64,000 nucleotides of DNA from an uncultured Candidatus Saccharibacteria bacterium (GCA_965231155.1 OZ246418.1:174850-238849); one strand, 5' to 3'. Shown: positions 8,968-19,548, counted from the stretch's first letter. The notes: generated by a model not told the origin, from the sequence alone. Program-made: numbers and translations.

Positions 8968-9885
8968 CTACCCTTTCACTACCCTGTCGTAGATATTCAG
9001 AACTGCCTTCACCGCATCACCGGCTGAGATGTTGTTTTGCTTGTAGAGAACATCAGAAACATCCCCCACCGCCCAGATGCGCGGATGAGAAGTCTGCTGA
9101 GTGCGCGGATCGGCAACAACCTCGCCAACTTCGTTGAGCTTCACCAAGTCTTTCACAAAATCAGAGTTTGGCAGTGCGCCAATCTCGATGAACACTCCTT
9201 GGAGTTCTAGTTTTTTCTCTTCATTTGTTTTTGCATCCTGATAGATTAATCCTTCGACAGCATCAGTTCCCACAATGGCCTTTGTTTCAGCTTGCGTGAT
9301 GATTTCTACTTTTGGCTCACTCTTAATTTTTTCCTGAGTGACCGCATCTCCTTTCAGTCCAGTAGATCGCTCGAGGAGTGTAATTTTCGTAGCATAGGGA
9401 AGAAGATCTAGAACTGCTTCCAACCCGGCATTTCCTCCACCGACTACCGCCACGGTTTTGTCTTTAAAAATCGGTGCGTCACAAATGGAACAATATGCCA
9501 CACCTCGGCCGTCGAGTTCGTGTTCGCCAGGAACATTCAGTTTGCGTCGTCGACTTCCTGAGGCAAGCAGGAGATATTTCGTTTCTATTTTTTTGCCCGA
9601 TGTGGTTTCGAGAACTAAGTAATCTGCGTGATCAGAAACAGCAGATATACGATCGCCCTCAATAATTTCAATCCCCTCCTGAGCCCGAAGATGTTCTTCA
9701 AGAGATTTTCCCAGATCAAAACCGGAAATAGATTTCGTCCCAATCCAGTTCTGCACATCAGCCGAAACAACCGACTGACCGCCAAACTCCTCGGCAACCA
9801 GGGCCACTTTTATTTTTTTACGAGCAGCGTAGACTCCCGCGGCTACACCACCAGGGCCACCGCCAATAATAACAAGGTCGTACAT
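8968..9885 (-). CDS. trxB: Thioredoxin reductase / AhpF-like FAD-dependent disulfide oxidoreductase
   Basis: GGGPGG, GVAYCSICD, GGGNAG, WAVGD. Confidence 0.9.
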   Translation of the reverse strand: MYDLVIIGGGPGGVAAGVYAARKKIKVALVAEEFGGQSVVSADVQNWIGTKSISGFDLGKSLEEHLRAQEGIEIIEGDRISAVSDHADYLVLETTSGKKIETKYLLLASGSRRRKLNVPGEHELDGRGVAYCSICDAPIFKDKTVAVVGGGNAGLEAVLDLLPYATKITLLERSTGLKGDAVTQEKIKSEPKVEIITQAETKAIVGTDAVEGLIYQDAKTNEEKKLELQGVFIEIGALPNSDFVKDLVKLNEVGEVVADPRTQQTSHPRIWAVGDVSDVLYKQNNISAGDAVKAVLNIYDRVVKG

Positions 9886-9905
9886 TATAAAACTCTATTT
9901 AAAAC

Positions 9906-10148
9906 TTACGGCTGAAGATTCAACGCCTTGGCCACTGCCTGGCGGTTGAACCCCACAATAATAGTGTTATCGATATCAATGACTGGAACGCCAAACTGGC
10001 GAGATTTATTCACCATCTCTTCGCGAGCAGCGTCATCCTCGGCAACATTCACCTCTTGATACGCAACGTTATTTTTTTCGAAATACTCCTTCGCCATCTT
10101 GCAGTATACACAGGTTGGAGTGCTGTAGATTTTTACGGTATGAGCCAT
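9906..10148 (-). CDS. Glutaredoxin-like protein (NrdH/YruB family)
   Basis: YSTPTCVYC and GVPVIDID; upstream of trxB. Confidence 0.92.
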   Translation of the reverse strand: MAHTVKIYSTPTCVYCKMAKEYFEKNNVAYQEVNVAEDDAAREEMVNKSRQFGVPVIDIDNTIIVGFNRQAVAKALNLQP

Positions 10149-10301
10149 GTTTTTTATAAATATTTTTTAACCTTTAGCTCCATTGTAAGGGGACGAACCG
10201 GACCATGTCAAAAGAATATATCCGAGACCCGCCCAAACCACACAAAACAGGCCTACTCCTTTGATTTAGAGGGTTGAAAAAGTGTAGAATGAAGTTCTGT
10301 A

Positions 10302-10937
10302 ATGGATCTTTCTTCTTTCCAGGCCATCTTTAGCTCTATCGCTGATCACAGCTATTTTTTTATTTTTGGAGTAATGGTCATCGAAGGGCCGATTGTGACC
10401 GCGGCGGCAGCCTTTGCAGCCGCCCTAGGGCATCTCAATATACTGATTGTCTTTATCCTCTCTCTCCTCGGAGATATGACTGGCGACCTCATCTATTTTT
10501 CCATTGGCTACTGGGGGAGACTTAAATTCGTAGAAAAATACGGCCTACGATTTGGGCTTACTCCAGCCCGACTAGAACGTCTCTCTCACCTGGTCAAGAC
10601 TCATCCAATAAAAGTTCTTATTGCCTCCAAGTATATACCCTTTGTTTCCGCTTCGGGATTAGCGGCGGCGGGACTCTCCCATCTCTCTCCAAAGCGATTT
10701 ATTATCCTCGATTTTCTAGTGACACTTCCCAACACTATTCTCTTCACCACCACTGGATTCTATTTCGGACTGGCCTTTGAACGACTTTTCCAGTACTTTC
10801 AAAATGCTCAGTATGCCATACTCGTTATCGAGGGTGCGGCGCTAATTCTTTTCCTCCTCTATAAAAAACTCATCGGTATTATTTATAAAGATCTCAAAAA
10901 AGAAGTCGAGCTCGAAGATACTACCTCCTCACAATGA
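10302..10937 (+). CDS. DedA/VTT family membrane protein
   Basis: IEGPIVT, GDLIYFSIG, KYIPFV. Confidence 0.88.
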   Translation: MDLSSFQAIFSSIADHSYFFIFGVMVIEGPIVTAAAAFAAALGHLNILIVFILSLLGDMTGDLIYFSIGYWGRLKFVEKYGLRFGLTPARLERLSHLVKTHPIKVLIASKYIPFVSASGLAAAGLSHLSPKRFIILDFLVTLPNTILFTTTGFYFGLAFERLFQYFQNAQYAILVIEGAALILFLLYKKLIGIIYKDLKKEVELEDTTSSQ

Positions 10938-12118
10938 AAATTGCTTTTTTCTCCGATAATTTTTATCCAGAACTTTCTGGGATTGCAGACTCAATTCTCA
11001 CGACTGCCGAAGAGCTCGCCAAACATGGACACCAGGTCCGCTTCTATGTCCCTCAGTACGCCTCAAGCGACTATGATTCTTCACAAGCGCCAGAACCATT
11101 CAGCAACCCCTCCCTCTCCGTGTATCGCATCAAATCTTTTCATGTGCCTACCGGAACTGGCCAAGGGAGATTTTGCTATTCATTCTCTGAACCACTCAAA
11201 GATATCGAGAAGTTCAACCCCGACATTCTTCATACACACCTGCCTTTTAATACGGGAATTCTTGCGCTTCTCGCTCAACGCAAGTTCAAGAAACCTCTGG
11301 TGGGAACCAACCACACCTTAGTTAAAGAGTTTCTGCCACGTCTTCCTCTCCTCGGTGATAGCCTGAAACACCTTGGCAGTCGCTATGCGGCCTGGTTTTA
11401 TAACCACTGCGCAATTATTAGTACTCCCTCCTCACTGATTCTCGAAGAGATGCGAGAGTTCGGATATAAAAAAGAAGGCCTGTCACTGTCAAATCCAATT
11501 TCTCCGGAAGTCTTCCACGCACTACCTGGAAAACCAGCGCTTAAGAAAAAACATAAACTCCCGGCCTTTACGATTCTCTTCGTAGGCAGACTATCGTCAG
11601 AGAAAAATCCAGAAGTTATTCTCCAAGGTTTCGCTCGAGTGAAAGATCAGATGCCAGATGCAGGTGTTGTGCTCGTCGGCAAAGGAAGTATGGAAGAAAA
11701 ATTGCGAAGACTGGCTAAAGACTTGAAGATTTCTGAGGCGATTACTTTCTTTGGGTTTATCAGGGACAAGGTGGCACTCAACGAGGTCTACAACGCCAGC
11801 GATATATTCGCGATTATGAGCACCTCGGAAACGCAGGGAATGGTAGCCCTACAGGCGATGATGGCTGGCACACCAGTCGTGGCTGCTCGATCCTGGGGAT
11901 TAGCAGAGTATGTTACTGAAGATCACGGATTCTCTATTGAGCCAGGAAACGCACAAGAGCTTGGTGCTGTTTTTCTCGATCTCTACAATAATCAGAAGAA
12001 AATGAAACTCATTGGAAACAAAGGGAAAGCTTATGCCGAACAGTTCACGCCAGAAGCTATCGCCAAAAAATGGCTGGGTATCTATGAACAAGTCCTCAAG
12101 GGAGATTATAATAAGTAG
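10934..12118 (+). CDS. Glycosyltransferase family 4 (glycolipid synthase-like)
   Basis: MKIAFFSDNFYPELSG, FVGRLSSEKN, STSETQGMVALQAM. Confidence 0.92.
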   Translation: MKIAFFSDNFYPELSGIADSILTTAEELAKHGHQVRFYVPQYASSDYDSSQAPEPFSNPSLSVYRIKSFHVPTGTGQGRFCYSFSEPLKDIEKFNPDILHTHLPFNTGILALLAQRKFKKPLVGTNHTLVKEFLPRLPLLGDSLKHLGSRYAAWFYNHCAIISTPSSLILEEMREFGYKKEGLSLSNPISPEVFHALPGKPALKKKHKLPAFTILFVGRLSSEKNPEVILQGFARVKDQMPDAGVVLVGKGSMEEKLRRLAKDLKISEAITFFGFIRDKVALNEVYNASDIFAIMSTSETQGMVALQAMMAGTPVVAARSWGLAEYVTEDHGFSIEPGNAQELGAVFLDLYNNQKKMKLIGNKGKAYAEQFTPEAIAKKWLGIYEQVLKGDYNK

Positions 12119-12125
12119 TAATCTG

Positions 12126-12878
12126 ATGAAACTGAGCTTCTCTATACCAGCCCACAACGAAGAAGAAAGGATCTGGCGGTGCCTTGAATCAGTCCTCCGA
12201 GAACTCAAGAGGGGGAAGTACCAAGCTGAAATAATTGTCGTAGATAATGCTTCAACGGACCGTACTGCCGAAGTGGCTCGCTCGTACGGTGGAGTTCAGG
12301 TTGTCTCTGAACCAACTAAAGGACTCCTCTTTGCTCGCCAACGTGGCTATCTCTCTTCTCATGGAGAACTCCTGGCGAATATCGATGCTGACACGATACT
12401 CACCGAGGGGTGGATCAAAACCGTTATCGAAGAGTTCGACAAAGATCCAAATCTAGTTGCCTTGAGTGGTCCTTATATCTACTACGACCTCCCCTGGACA
12501 GCCAGACAGGCAACTAAAGCATTCTATGCAGTGGGAATGTTCTTCCACTATCTCTCCATTCTTTTCACTGGTCGGGGAACCATGGTCCAGGGTGGCAACT
12601 TCGTATTGCGGCGAACTGCTCTTGATAAAATTGGTGGGTTCAATACAAATATCTCTTTCTACGGAGAGGATACCGATATTGCCCGACGCATCAGTCAGGT
12701 AGGGAAAATTAAGTTCACCTTCCGGCTTCCGATGCAGACTTCTGGCCGGCGACTGGCCGAAGAGGGGGTTTGTGTGACCGGACTGCGGTATGCTATAAAC
12801 CATTTCTGGGTACTCCTCTCAGGGAAGCCCTTCACGAAAAAATACGAAGACCTACGACCGCCACAAAAATTATCATGA
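12126..12878 (+). CDS. Glycosyltransferase family 2
   Basis: IPAHNEE, VDNASTD, DAD, GEDTD; start placed at ATG 12126. Confidence 0.92.
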   Translation: MKLSFSIPAHNEEERIWRCLESVLRELKRGKYQAEIIVVDNASTDRTAEVARSYGGVQVVSEPTKGLLFARQRGYLSSHGELLANIDADTILTEGWIKTVIEEFDKDPNLVALSGPYIYYDLPWTARQATKAFYAVGMFFHYLSILFTGRGTMVQGGNFVLRRTALDKIGGFNTNISFYGEDTDIARRISQVGKIKFTFRLPMQTSGRRLAEEGVCVTGLRYAINHFWVLLSGKPFTKKYEDLRPPQKLS

Positions 12879-14209
12879 GCTCTCCTCTTTCTCAAAAGAT
12901 CTTCCTTCTTGTCTCGGGCGATGTTCTCGTGCTTTACGCCTCACTCCTTCTGACGCTTGTTATTCGTTACGATGCAACCTGGCAAGAAGCCTTATCAGTC
13001 CATCTTGGGCCGTTTTCTTTTGTCTTCGCAGTCTGGATTGTAGTCTTCTATATTGCTGGTTTATATGACTTCAGAAAGATTACTAACAATATCACCTTCC
13101 TCACGCTCTTCAGCATTTCTCTTGTCCTCAACACCCTCATCACCACCGCACTCTTCTATTTAATTCCCGCCTTCGGCATTGCGCCTCGTGCAAATCTTTC
13201 TCTTCTCCTTATTATTTTTGCGATATTACAGATCTGCTGGCGTCGAATCTTCTGGTACTACCTTAAACAAAATCAGAATCTTTTTAGCGTCGTAATGATT
13301 GGTAATGATCCGACAATCGACGAGCTCTCTCGGGCGCTCGCAGAAAACCCCCAGATTGGTTATCGAGTAGTAGACCACATCCAGAATCCTCACGACCTCC
13401 AAGTTACTGAAAATATTGCTCAGAAACTCCGGACTGACAAGGCTGATGTGGTAGTCATCCCGCGAGGAGTAAAGCAAAACACTGAACTCCAAAAGATCTT
13501 CTACGGCCTTCTTTCTTCCGGTATCGCCATCTATGATGTCCCCGCTTTTTACGAAGAAGTTTTCCGCAAAATTCCCTTAAAAAATATCGAGGAGTCCTGG
13601 TTTTTGGAGCATATTTCAATCCGAAAAAATGTCTATGACGATCTCAAACGATTAAGTGAAATTATCACCGCCACCCTAACTGGCCTCTTTCTCCTTCCTC
13701 TTATTATTCTGGTAGCTCTTTTCATCCGCCTCTCCTCCCGTGGACCGGTGATTTTTTCTCAGCGAAGAATTGGTGCCCAGAATAAGATATTCACTCTCTA
13801 TAAGTTCCGAACCATGGTGCACGACGCAGAAAAAGATGGGGCAAAGTGGGCAAGTAAAAATGACCCGCGAGTTACCCTCTTCGGAAAAGTTTTAAGATAC
13901 TCTCACCTCGATGAACTGCCTCAGATTTGGAACATCATCCGTGGTGATCTATCGTTCGTGGGACCACGACCAGAACGACCGGAGTTTGTAGAAATCTTAG
14001 AGAAAGAGATCCCCCACTATGACATTCGCCACCTCATCAAACCAGGAGTAACTGGCTGGGCACAGATAAACTATCGCTATGGTTCATCGATTGAGGACTC
14101 CTATCAAAAACTCCAGTATGATATCTACTACCTGAAAAATCGTTCGCTTATCCTTGATATTGCCATTATACTAAAGACATTACGAACTTTATTCGTAAAC
14201 GAGACATAA
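12875..14209 (+). CDS. Undecaprenyl-phosphate sugar phosphotransferase (WcaJ/WbaP-type priming enzyme)
   Basis: N-terminal TMs; YKFRTM, DPRVT, LDELPQ, SFVGPRPE, KPGVTGWAQ. Confidence 0.95.
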   Translation: MSSPLSQKIFLLVSGDVLVLYASLLLTLVIRYDATWQEALSVHLGPFSFVFAVWIVVFYIAGLYDFRKITNNITFLTLFSISLVLNTLITTALFYLIPAFGIAPRANLSLLLIIFAILQICWRRIFWYYLKQNQNLFSVVMIGNDPTIDELSRALAENPQIGYRVVDHIQNPHDLQVTENIAQKLRTDKADVVVIPRGVKQNTELQKIFYGLLSSGIAIYDVPAFYEEVFRKIPLKNIEESWFLEHISIRKNVYDDLKRLSEIITATLTGLFLLPLIILVALFIRLSSRGPVIFSQRRIGAQNKIFTLYKFRTMVHDAEKDGAKWASKNDPRVTLFGKVLRYSHLDELPQIWNIIRGDLSFVGPRPERPEFVEILEKEIPHYDIRHLIKPGVTGWAQINYRYGSSIEDSYQKLQYDIYYLKNRSLILDIAIILKTLRTLFVNET

Positions 14210-14314
14210 GGGTTCATCCTCTCGTAACCTTTTCCATATTCAAAAGACACTGTGTGAATAGCTAGAAAACATTATTTTCAAAAAACCAATTAACTCAACA
14301 TAAATAAAAAATCT

Positions 14315-15232
14315 ATGAAAATTATCGTAACTGGTGGGGCCGGTTTTATCGCCTCTCATGTAACAGATGCCTATATCAGCGCCGGACATAAAGTTGTCGT
14401 TATTGATAATCTGAATACAGGGTTTCGCAAAAACGTTAATCCTAAAGCAACCTTCTACAAGGCAGACATTCGAGATCTTCCCACAATGGAGAAGATTTTT
14501 AAAAAAGAAAAGCCAGAGATTCTTAATCACCACGCGGCTATCGCTGAAGTGGTGAAATCGGTCAGCAACCCAATTCCCACTTATGAAGTAAACGTAATCG
14601 GTACCGCCAATGTACTTCTGTGCTTTGGCAAGTTCGGCAAGGGAGCAAAGAAGGTTTTATTCTCCTCTACAGGCGGAGCGATCTATGGAGAGCCAAAGAA
14701 AATCCCCGCTCCAGAGACAACTCCAGCGAATCCCCTCTCTCCCTATGGCCTCTCTAAGCTACTTGGCGAGGAGCTGATAAATTTTTATGCGCGAACCTAC
14801 AAACTGAACTACCTCATTTTTCGTTATCCAAACGTGTATGGCCCCCGCCAGAATCCAAAAGGTGAAGCAGGGGTAGTGGCCATTTTTGGTGGAATGATGA
14901 AGCAAGGTATTCAACCTACAATTTTTGGTGATGGCACTAAGGCCCGCGATTATACCTATGTAGCCGATATCGTTCAGGCGAACCTGAAGGCCTTAACTAA
15001 GGGGAATCAGACAATCACCAACATCGGTTGGGGAAAATTAATCTCCGATACAATGATCTTCGAAACTATTGCCTCTTTATTAAAATTTGAAAAGCCAGCC
15101 AAGTATGCTCCCTATCGTCCTGGAGAAGTTTATCGAATATCTCTGAACGCAACAAAAGCAAAGAAGATCCTGGGCTGGAAGCCCACCGTCCCTCTGGCGA
15201 ATGGAGTAGCCAAAACCCTGGCCGCGCTCTAA
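14315..15232 (+). CDS. NAD-dependent epimerase (UDP-glucose 4-epimerase-like)
   Basis: VTGGAGFIASH, SSTGGAIYG, YGLSK, NVYGPRQ. Confidence 0.92.
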   Translation: MKIIVTGGAGFIASHVTDAYISAGHKVVVIDNLNTGFRKNVNPKATFYKADIRDLPTMEKIFKKEKPEILNHHAAIAEVVKSVSNPIPTYEVNVIGTANVLLCFGKFGKGAKKVLFSSTGGAIYGEPKKIPAPETTPANPLSPYGLSKLLGEELINFYARTYKLNYLIFRYPNVYGPRQNPKGEAGVVAIFGGMMKQGIQPTIFGDGTKARDYTYVADIVQANLKALTKGNQTITNIGWGKLISDTMIFETIASLLKFEKPAKYAPYRPGEVYRISLNATKAKKILGWKPTVPLANGVAKTLAAL

Positions 15233-15693
15233 CGTTTCTTTCTGTCTTTTACTTTCTCCACATAGGCCGACAGCAACCAGGAGCTGGACTGTATTTTTCC
15301 GTCCGGTCCGATATTAAAAACCATCTTAGTACCAATCCTTTCGCATACTGGCACTTCGGGAATATTCTTCTTTGTTCGATCACCACCATTTGCAAAAATA
15401 TCTGGCTTTATCTCCTCAAGCTCCCGACAGACACTCATATCCTCTGGGTTTGGCCTGTGCCTTGTGAGAATAACCCGATCAACAACTCGCAACGCTTCAA
15501 TGACTGCTTTTCTCTCAACTTCTGGCATAAAAATATGATGCTTCTTCGCTCGTAACCAGTTGTCATTATTCAAGATAACAACTAGTTCATCACCAAGCTT
15601 TTTAGCTTCTTCAAATAACTGAATGTGGCCGATATGAATAGGATCGAACCCGCCACTCACGGCCACCACCTTTTTCTTTTTGTCCTGCTTCAT
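15229..15693 (-). CDS. Cytidylyl/adenylyltransferase (TagD/RibL-like)
   Basis: SGGFDPIHIGH, FANGGDR, IQSSS; start moved to MKQDKK. Confidence 0.88.
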   Translation of the reverse strand: MKQDKKKKVVAVSGGFDPIHIGHIQLFEEAKKLGDELVVILNNDNWLRAKKHHIFMPEVERKAVIEALRVVDRVILTRHRPNPEDMSVCRELEEIKPDIFANGGDRTKKNIPEVPVCERIGTKMVFNIGPDGKIQSSSWLLSAYVEKVKDRKKR

Positions 15694-15786
15694 AATGAAC
15701 TTCATTCTAACAAGGGAAATTACTAAAACACAACTCCATAGCAACGGTAAAAAAAATATGCTAACCTCGGGACATTGCCCCATAAC

Positions 15787-17238
15787 ATGCTCCAAAAACT
15801 AACCGACTTCTTTCTTATAAATAACTCAACCCGCCAGAAGGTTCTCAAAAACACCTTCTGGCTCTTTTTCGGGCAGGTTGGTTCTCGCTTCGTGAAGCTA
15901 GGAATTATTATCTACGCCGCGCGCGTTCTGGGAGCTAGTGGCTGGGGGGCTTTTTCTTATGCGCTCGGCATCGCTGCTTTCTTTTCCATCTTCATTGATT
16001 TCGGAGTAAACGGAGTACTCACTCGCGAAGGTAGTCGAGATCTCAAGTCCCAGGAAAAATATTTCGCCACTGCCTTGGCTATTAAGATTTTCCTCTTCTT
16101 CCTATCATCGGCCGCTATCTTCCTCCTCTTTCCTTTATTTATGACCAGAAATGAAGTGGCTATCCTCATGCCCTTTGTAGTTTTGATTGTTGGTTTTGAT
16201 GGTCTACGAGATTTTGCGGGAGCGATGTCCCGAGCTTGGGAGCGAATGGAGATCGAAGCAGTGATGCAGATCTTGACTAGCGCGTTCATTCTCATCGCTG
16301 GCTTTATCGCTCTCTTTCTCTCGCCTACTCCGAAGGCGCTGGCCATCGGTTACGCGGTTGGCGTCGGACTGGGAATGCTAGCTTCCTTCTGGCCTTGTCG
16401 AGGATATTTTAAGAATCTTTATCAGGCATTCTCATTGTCACTTATTCGACCAATTGTTTCTGCCAGTTGGCCATTTGCACTCTCTGGACTAATGGGAGCA
16501 GTGCTCTTAAACACCGATACAGTTCTTATCGGATGGCTCCTCGATATTACAAATGTTGGCTACTACTCAGCAGCACAACGAATCGCCCTCCTCGCCTATG
16601 TTATTCCTGGACTAACCGCTACGGCTTTTTTTCCTTCAATGGCAAAATTCTTCGAAGATAAGGAGCGGCGAAAGATACTTCTTGAAAAACTTGCTACCCT
16701 TCAGATATTAATAGCCCTTCCTCTCACGATCGGAAGCTATCTCCTTGCAGAACCAATCATCACACTTTTTTATGGGCAGGAGTACACTCCAGCTATTCTT
16801 AGTTTTCAGATCATGAGCCTCACCTTCTTACCGGTTTTCCTCCAAACTATTTTCAGTAACACAATTTTTTCCATCAACGAAGAAAAGAAATTGTTCCTCT
16901 CTTCTATTGTTGGCATCATTGGCAATCTCACTCTCGATATTATTCTTATTCCACGCTGGGGTATCGCTGGCGCTGCTCTAGCAACTGTCCTCAACCAAAC
17001 CATTGTGGTTAGTTTTTTATGGTGGCTTCTCCGGAAAAAAATTGCCTTCTCACTACTCCCTCAGATCGGGAAGATTATTATTGCCAGCGTTGTTATGCTC
17101 GTCGTTTTAGTTTTCCTTCTTCAATTTACCATCAGCATCTATTTTGTAGTTCCCATTGGTATTCTGGTCTATGGTAGCGTTCTTCTTTTCCTTCGAGAAG
17201 AGATACTACGGGAAACTTTCAGGACGTTTATAAACTAA
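15787..17238 (+). CDS. wzx: Polysaccharide flippase (Wzx), copy 1
   Basis: Many TMs; KNTFWL, ARVLG, VGYYSAAQRI, WGIAGAALAT. Confidence 0.92.
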   Translation: MLQKLTDFFLINNSTRQKVLKNTFWLFFGQVGSRFVKLGIIIYAARVLGASGWGAFSYALGIAAFFSIFIDFGVNGVLTREGSRDLKSQEKYFATALAIKIFLFFLSSAAIFLLFPLFMTRNEVAILMPFVVLIVGFDGLRDFAGAMSRAWERMEIEAVMQILTSAFILIAGFIALFLSPTPKALAIGYAVGVGLGMLASFWPCRGYFKNLYQAFSLSLIRPIVSASWPFALSGLMGAVLLNTDTVLIGWLLDITNVGYYSAAQRIALLAYVIPGLTATAFFPSMAKFFEDKERRKILLEKLATLQILIALPLTIGSYLLAEPIITLFYGQEYTPAILSFQIMSLTFLPVFLQTIFSNTIFSINEEKKLFLSSIVGIIGNLTLDIILIPRWGIAGAALATVLNQTIVVSFLWWLLRKKIAFSLLPQIGKIIIASVVMLVVLVFLLQFTISIYFVVPIGILVYGSVLLFLREEILRETFRTFIN

Positions 17239-17248
17239 AAAGAACATA

Positions 17249-17281
17249 AAAAAACCCGATGATTAGATCATCGGGGGGGTT
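17249..17281. terminator. Bidirectional terminator
   Basis: AAAAAACCCGATGAT-TAG-ATCATCGGG hairpin. Confidence 0.65.
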
Positions 17282-17293
17282 CGTCTTCTGTCC

Positions 17294-17821
17294 TTAGATA
17301 AGATTAAGGGAAAGAATCTCCTCAAGGCTCCTCACCACGTGGAGTGGTCTACACAAAGACAACTCTGATTCGTTGTACTCATTGAGAACGAAGATAGTCT
17401 TTAGTCCTGCCGCTTGTCCCGCAAGTACATCTCGGTCACTGTCGCCGATCATGAAAGATGTATTAGGATCGTCGACACCGAACTCCTTCAAGGCCTGGAG
17501 AAGCATACCCGGCTTCGGCTTGCGACAGTCGCAGTTGTCCTCGTTGATATGGGGACAGGCGTACACCTTGTCCAACATCCCTCCAAGTTGCTTCTCCATT
17601 GAAAAATGAATCTCCGCAAGAGTGACAGGTGAGAGCAAACCCTTACCAATCTGCGGTTGGTTGGTTGCTACCGCAAGTTTGTAATCAAGCTCCTTGGCTC
17701 TCTCTAGGAGTTGGACTGCGCCTGGAACTATCTCCAACTGGTCGAGGCGGAGCAGATGCTCCCCCCGAGGCATGGCTCGGACCAACGTTCCATCACGATC
17801 AAGAAGTAGAACCTTGTTCAT
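17294..17821 (-). CDS. gmhB: D-glycero-D-manno-heptose-1,7-bisphosphate phosphatase (HAD-IIIA)
   Basis: LDRDGTL, TNQ, CPH...CDCRKPKPGM, IGDSDRD. Confidence 0.9.
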   Translation of the reverse strand: MNKVLLLDRDGTLVRAMPRGEHLLRLDQLEIVPGAVQLLERAKELDYKLAVATNQPQIGKGLLSPVTLAEIHFSMEKQLGGMLDKVYACPHINEDNCDCRKPKPGMLLQALKEFGVDDPNTSFMIGDSDRDVLAGQAAGLKTIFVLNEYNESELSLCRPLHVVRSLEEILSLNLI

Positions 17822-17875
17822 AGAATTCCTTTCTTAATTATTAGCTATGTCCGAGTGTAACACCATTTCTTTTCA

Positions 17876-17904
17876 TTGACAACATTCATATATTATTTTA
17901 TAAG
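17876..17904 (+). promoter_or_regulatory. Sigma70-type promoter followed by SD AAGGAG
   Basis: TTGACA-N17-TATAAG; shares TTGACAACATTCA...TAAGATCA with the rlpA promoter at 5132. Confidence 0.55.
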
Positions 17905-17935
17905 ATCAATAGCTCTTAGAAAGGAGAAAGGAAGA

Positions 17936-18766
17936 ATGCCAGGTATCGTTACAAATCTGCCCGGCGGGCAGCAAAGAACTCTTTCCGGGGGAACTCGGAA
18001 TGAGGTGAAGCTGTCCCGGCCGTGGCAGGCATCGCTTTCCGCGATCATCGATCCGGAAAACTGCCCGTTCTGCAACAAGCCCCAGGAGGATCTCGTTCTG
18101 CCGAGTAATTCTCCGAAGGGTTGGCGATGGCTGCCGAATATCTTCACTCCCCACCCGGAACACACACTCCTCATCCCTGATCGCTGCTGGCTAGAAGAGG
18201 AACTCCAGGAATGGGGTGGAGAGAAGAAAATCTGCGAGGCGATTCAGATTGCCTCTCGGGTATTCCGACGCCACCGAAAAGAGATGATTGCATTGGCTCA
18301 CGTCGAGCATCAGTCCGGACAAAACTTGGGCCACGCTCACTTGCACTTCTTCGAGGTGCAAGTGACAAATCCTCTCTCCGCCAGGTCATTGGAGATGAAA
18401 GATCTGATGGTCCTTGGTCAAGACGGGATCACAGCCATAGCCGGAGGAGTGAAGGCGGGAGAATGCCTTCTCTTCTCCGAACACGAGGCACCTTTCAGTC
18501 TCCAGACGGCCGAAACTGTTGGCCAAGTACTTCACCGCCTCATTGCCGTGGGCAACAAGGCGTGGAAAAGCACCCAGGGCCTCGCACCGAGCTATAGCTT
18601 CGCGGTGCGAGTCTCGGCTGATGGACTCTTTCGGTATGGTTGCTACTCTCCCAATCTCTCAAATTGGGGGGTCTACAACCACACGGTGACAGCCTTGGAA
18701 GGCGAACCCTACGTCCTCCCGTGGCCTCATGAGACGACAGTGGACCATCTTCGCCGTTTCGTCTAA
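17936..18766 (+). CDS. GalT/HIT-superfamily nucleotidyltransferase or hydrolase
   Basis: CPFC zinc motif, PNIFTP, HTLLIP, HAHLH histidine triad; ATG 17936 follows an SD. Confidence 0.65.
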   Translation: MPGIVTNLPGGQQRTLSGGTRNEVKLSRPWQASLSAIIDPENCPFCNKPQEDLVLPSNSPKGWRWLPNIFTPHPEHTLLIPDRCWLEEELQEWGGEKKICEAIQIASRVFRRHRKEMIALAHVEHQSGQNLGHAHLHFFEVQVTNPLSARSLEMKDLMVLGQDGITAIAGGVKAGECLLFSEHEAPFSLQTAETVGQVLHRLIAVGNKAWKSTQGLAPSYSFAVRVSADGLFRYGCYSPNLSNWGVYNHTVTALEGEPYVLPWPHETTVDHLRRFV

Positions 18767-18775
18767 GTATTTTCT

Positions 18776-18806
18776 GCCTCGTTGCTTACGCAACGAGGCT
18801 TTTTTT
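18776..18806 (+). terminator. Intrinsic terminator
   Basis: GCCTCGTTGC-TTAC-GCAACGAGGC followed by a T run. Confidence 0.85.
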
Positions 18807-19548
18807 ATTCACTCTTTTTCTCTCGATACCAATCCTGAGCAAGTTTATATTTTTCAGGAGTGCCAATGTCCAAGATATTCTCTTCGGTAGGAAAACCATA
18901 AATATCGTCTCGCTCTTGTATTAATGAAGGTAGAATCTGACCATCTAGTTTTACTGGTTCAATAGTTGGAATAAAATCAAGAATTTTCTTTGAGAGCACA
19001 TAAAGGCCACTGTTTAAATGATACTTATCTCCATATTCTTCAATTCCATGAGGACGCTTGTGCCAGGCAGTAATTCTTCTGGTTATCGGATCAACCTCCG
19101 CGATCTCACCATTTGCAGGTATGTCAGAGTGCTTAAGAACTAAGGTGGCCAGCGCCTTCTGCTTCTCATGAAAATCGAGAATTTCTCCAAAATTATAAAA
19201 ATGAAGGTGGTCGCCATAAAGCATCAGAAAAGTATCCGATAAGAAAGGCTCCATTTTTTTTAACGCCCCACCAGTTTCTAGTAGATTCTCTGTTTCATCA
19301 GAGTAGACAATCTCCACTCCCCATTTTTCTCCATTGCCAAAATGACTAACGACTATTTCCGATAAATAGTGGAGATTAATTACAAATTTTTTAAAACCCT
19401 GATCGCGGAGCAAAAGAATGGTGTGTTCAAGAAGTGGCACCCCTTCAAACGGCACCATTACTTTTGGCATGGTGTCCGTAATCGGTCGAAGACGAGTACC
19501 TAACCCAGCCGACAAAAGAGCCACTGTAATTTTTGAGCGATCGAACAT
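18805..19548 (-). CDS. hddC: Sugar-1-phosphate nucleotidyltransferase (HddC-like guanylyltransferase)
   Basis: AGLGTRLRPITDTMPK, ETGGAL, DIGTPE; next to gmhA and hddA. Confidence 0.8.
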   Translation of the reverse strand: MFDRSKITVALLSAGLGTRLRPITDTMPKVMVPFEGVPLLEHTILLLRDQGFKKFVINLHYLSEIVVSHFGNGEKWGVEIVYSDETENLLETGGALKKMEPFLSDTFLMLYGDHLHFYNFGEILDFHEKQKALATLVLKHSDIPANGEIAEVDPITRRITAWHKRPHGIEEYGDKYHLNSGLYVLSKKILDFIPTIEPVKLDGQILPSLIQERDDIYGFPTEENILDIGTPEKYKLAQDWYREKKSE

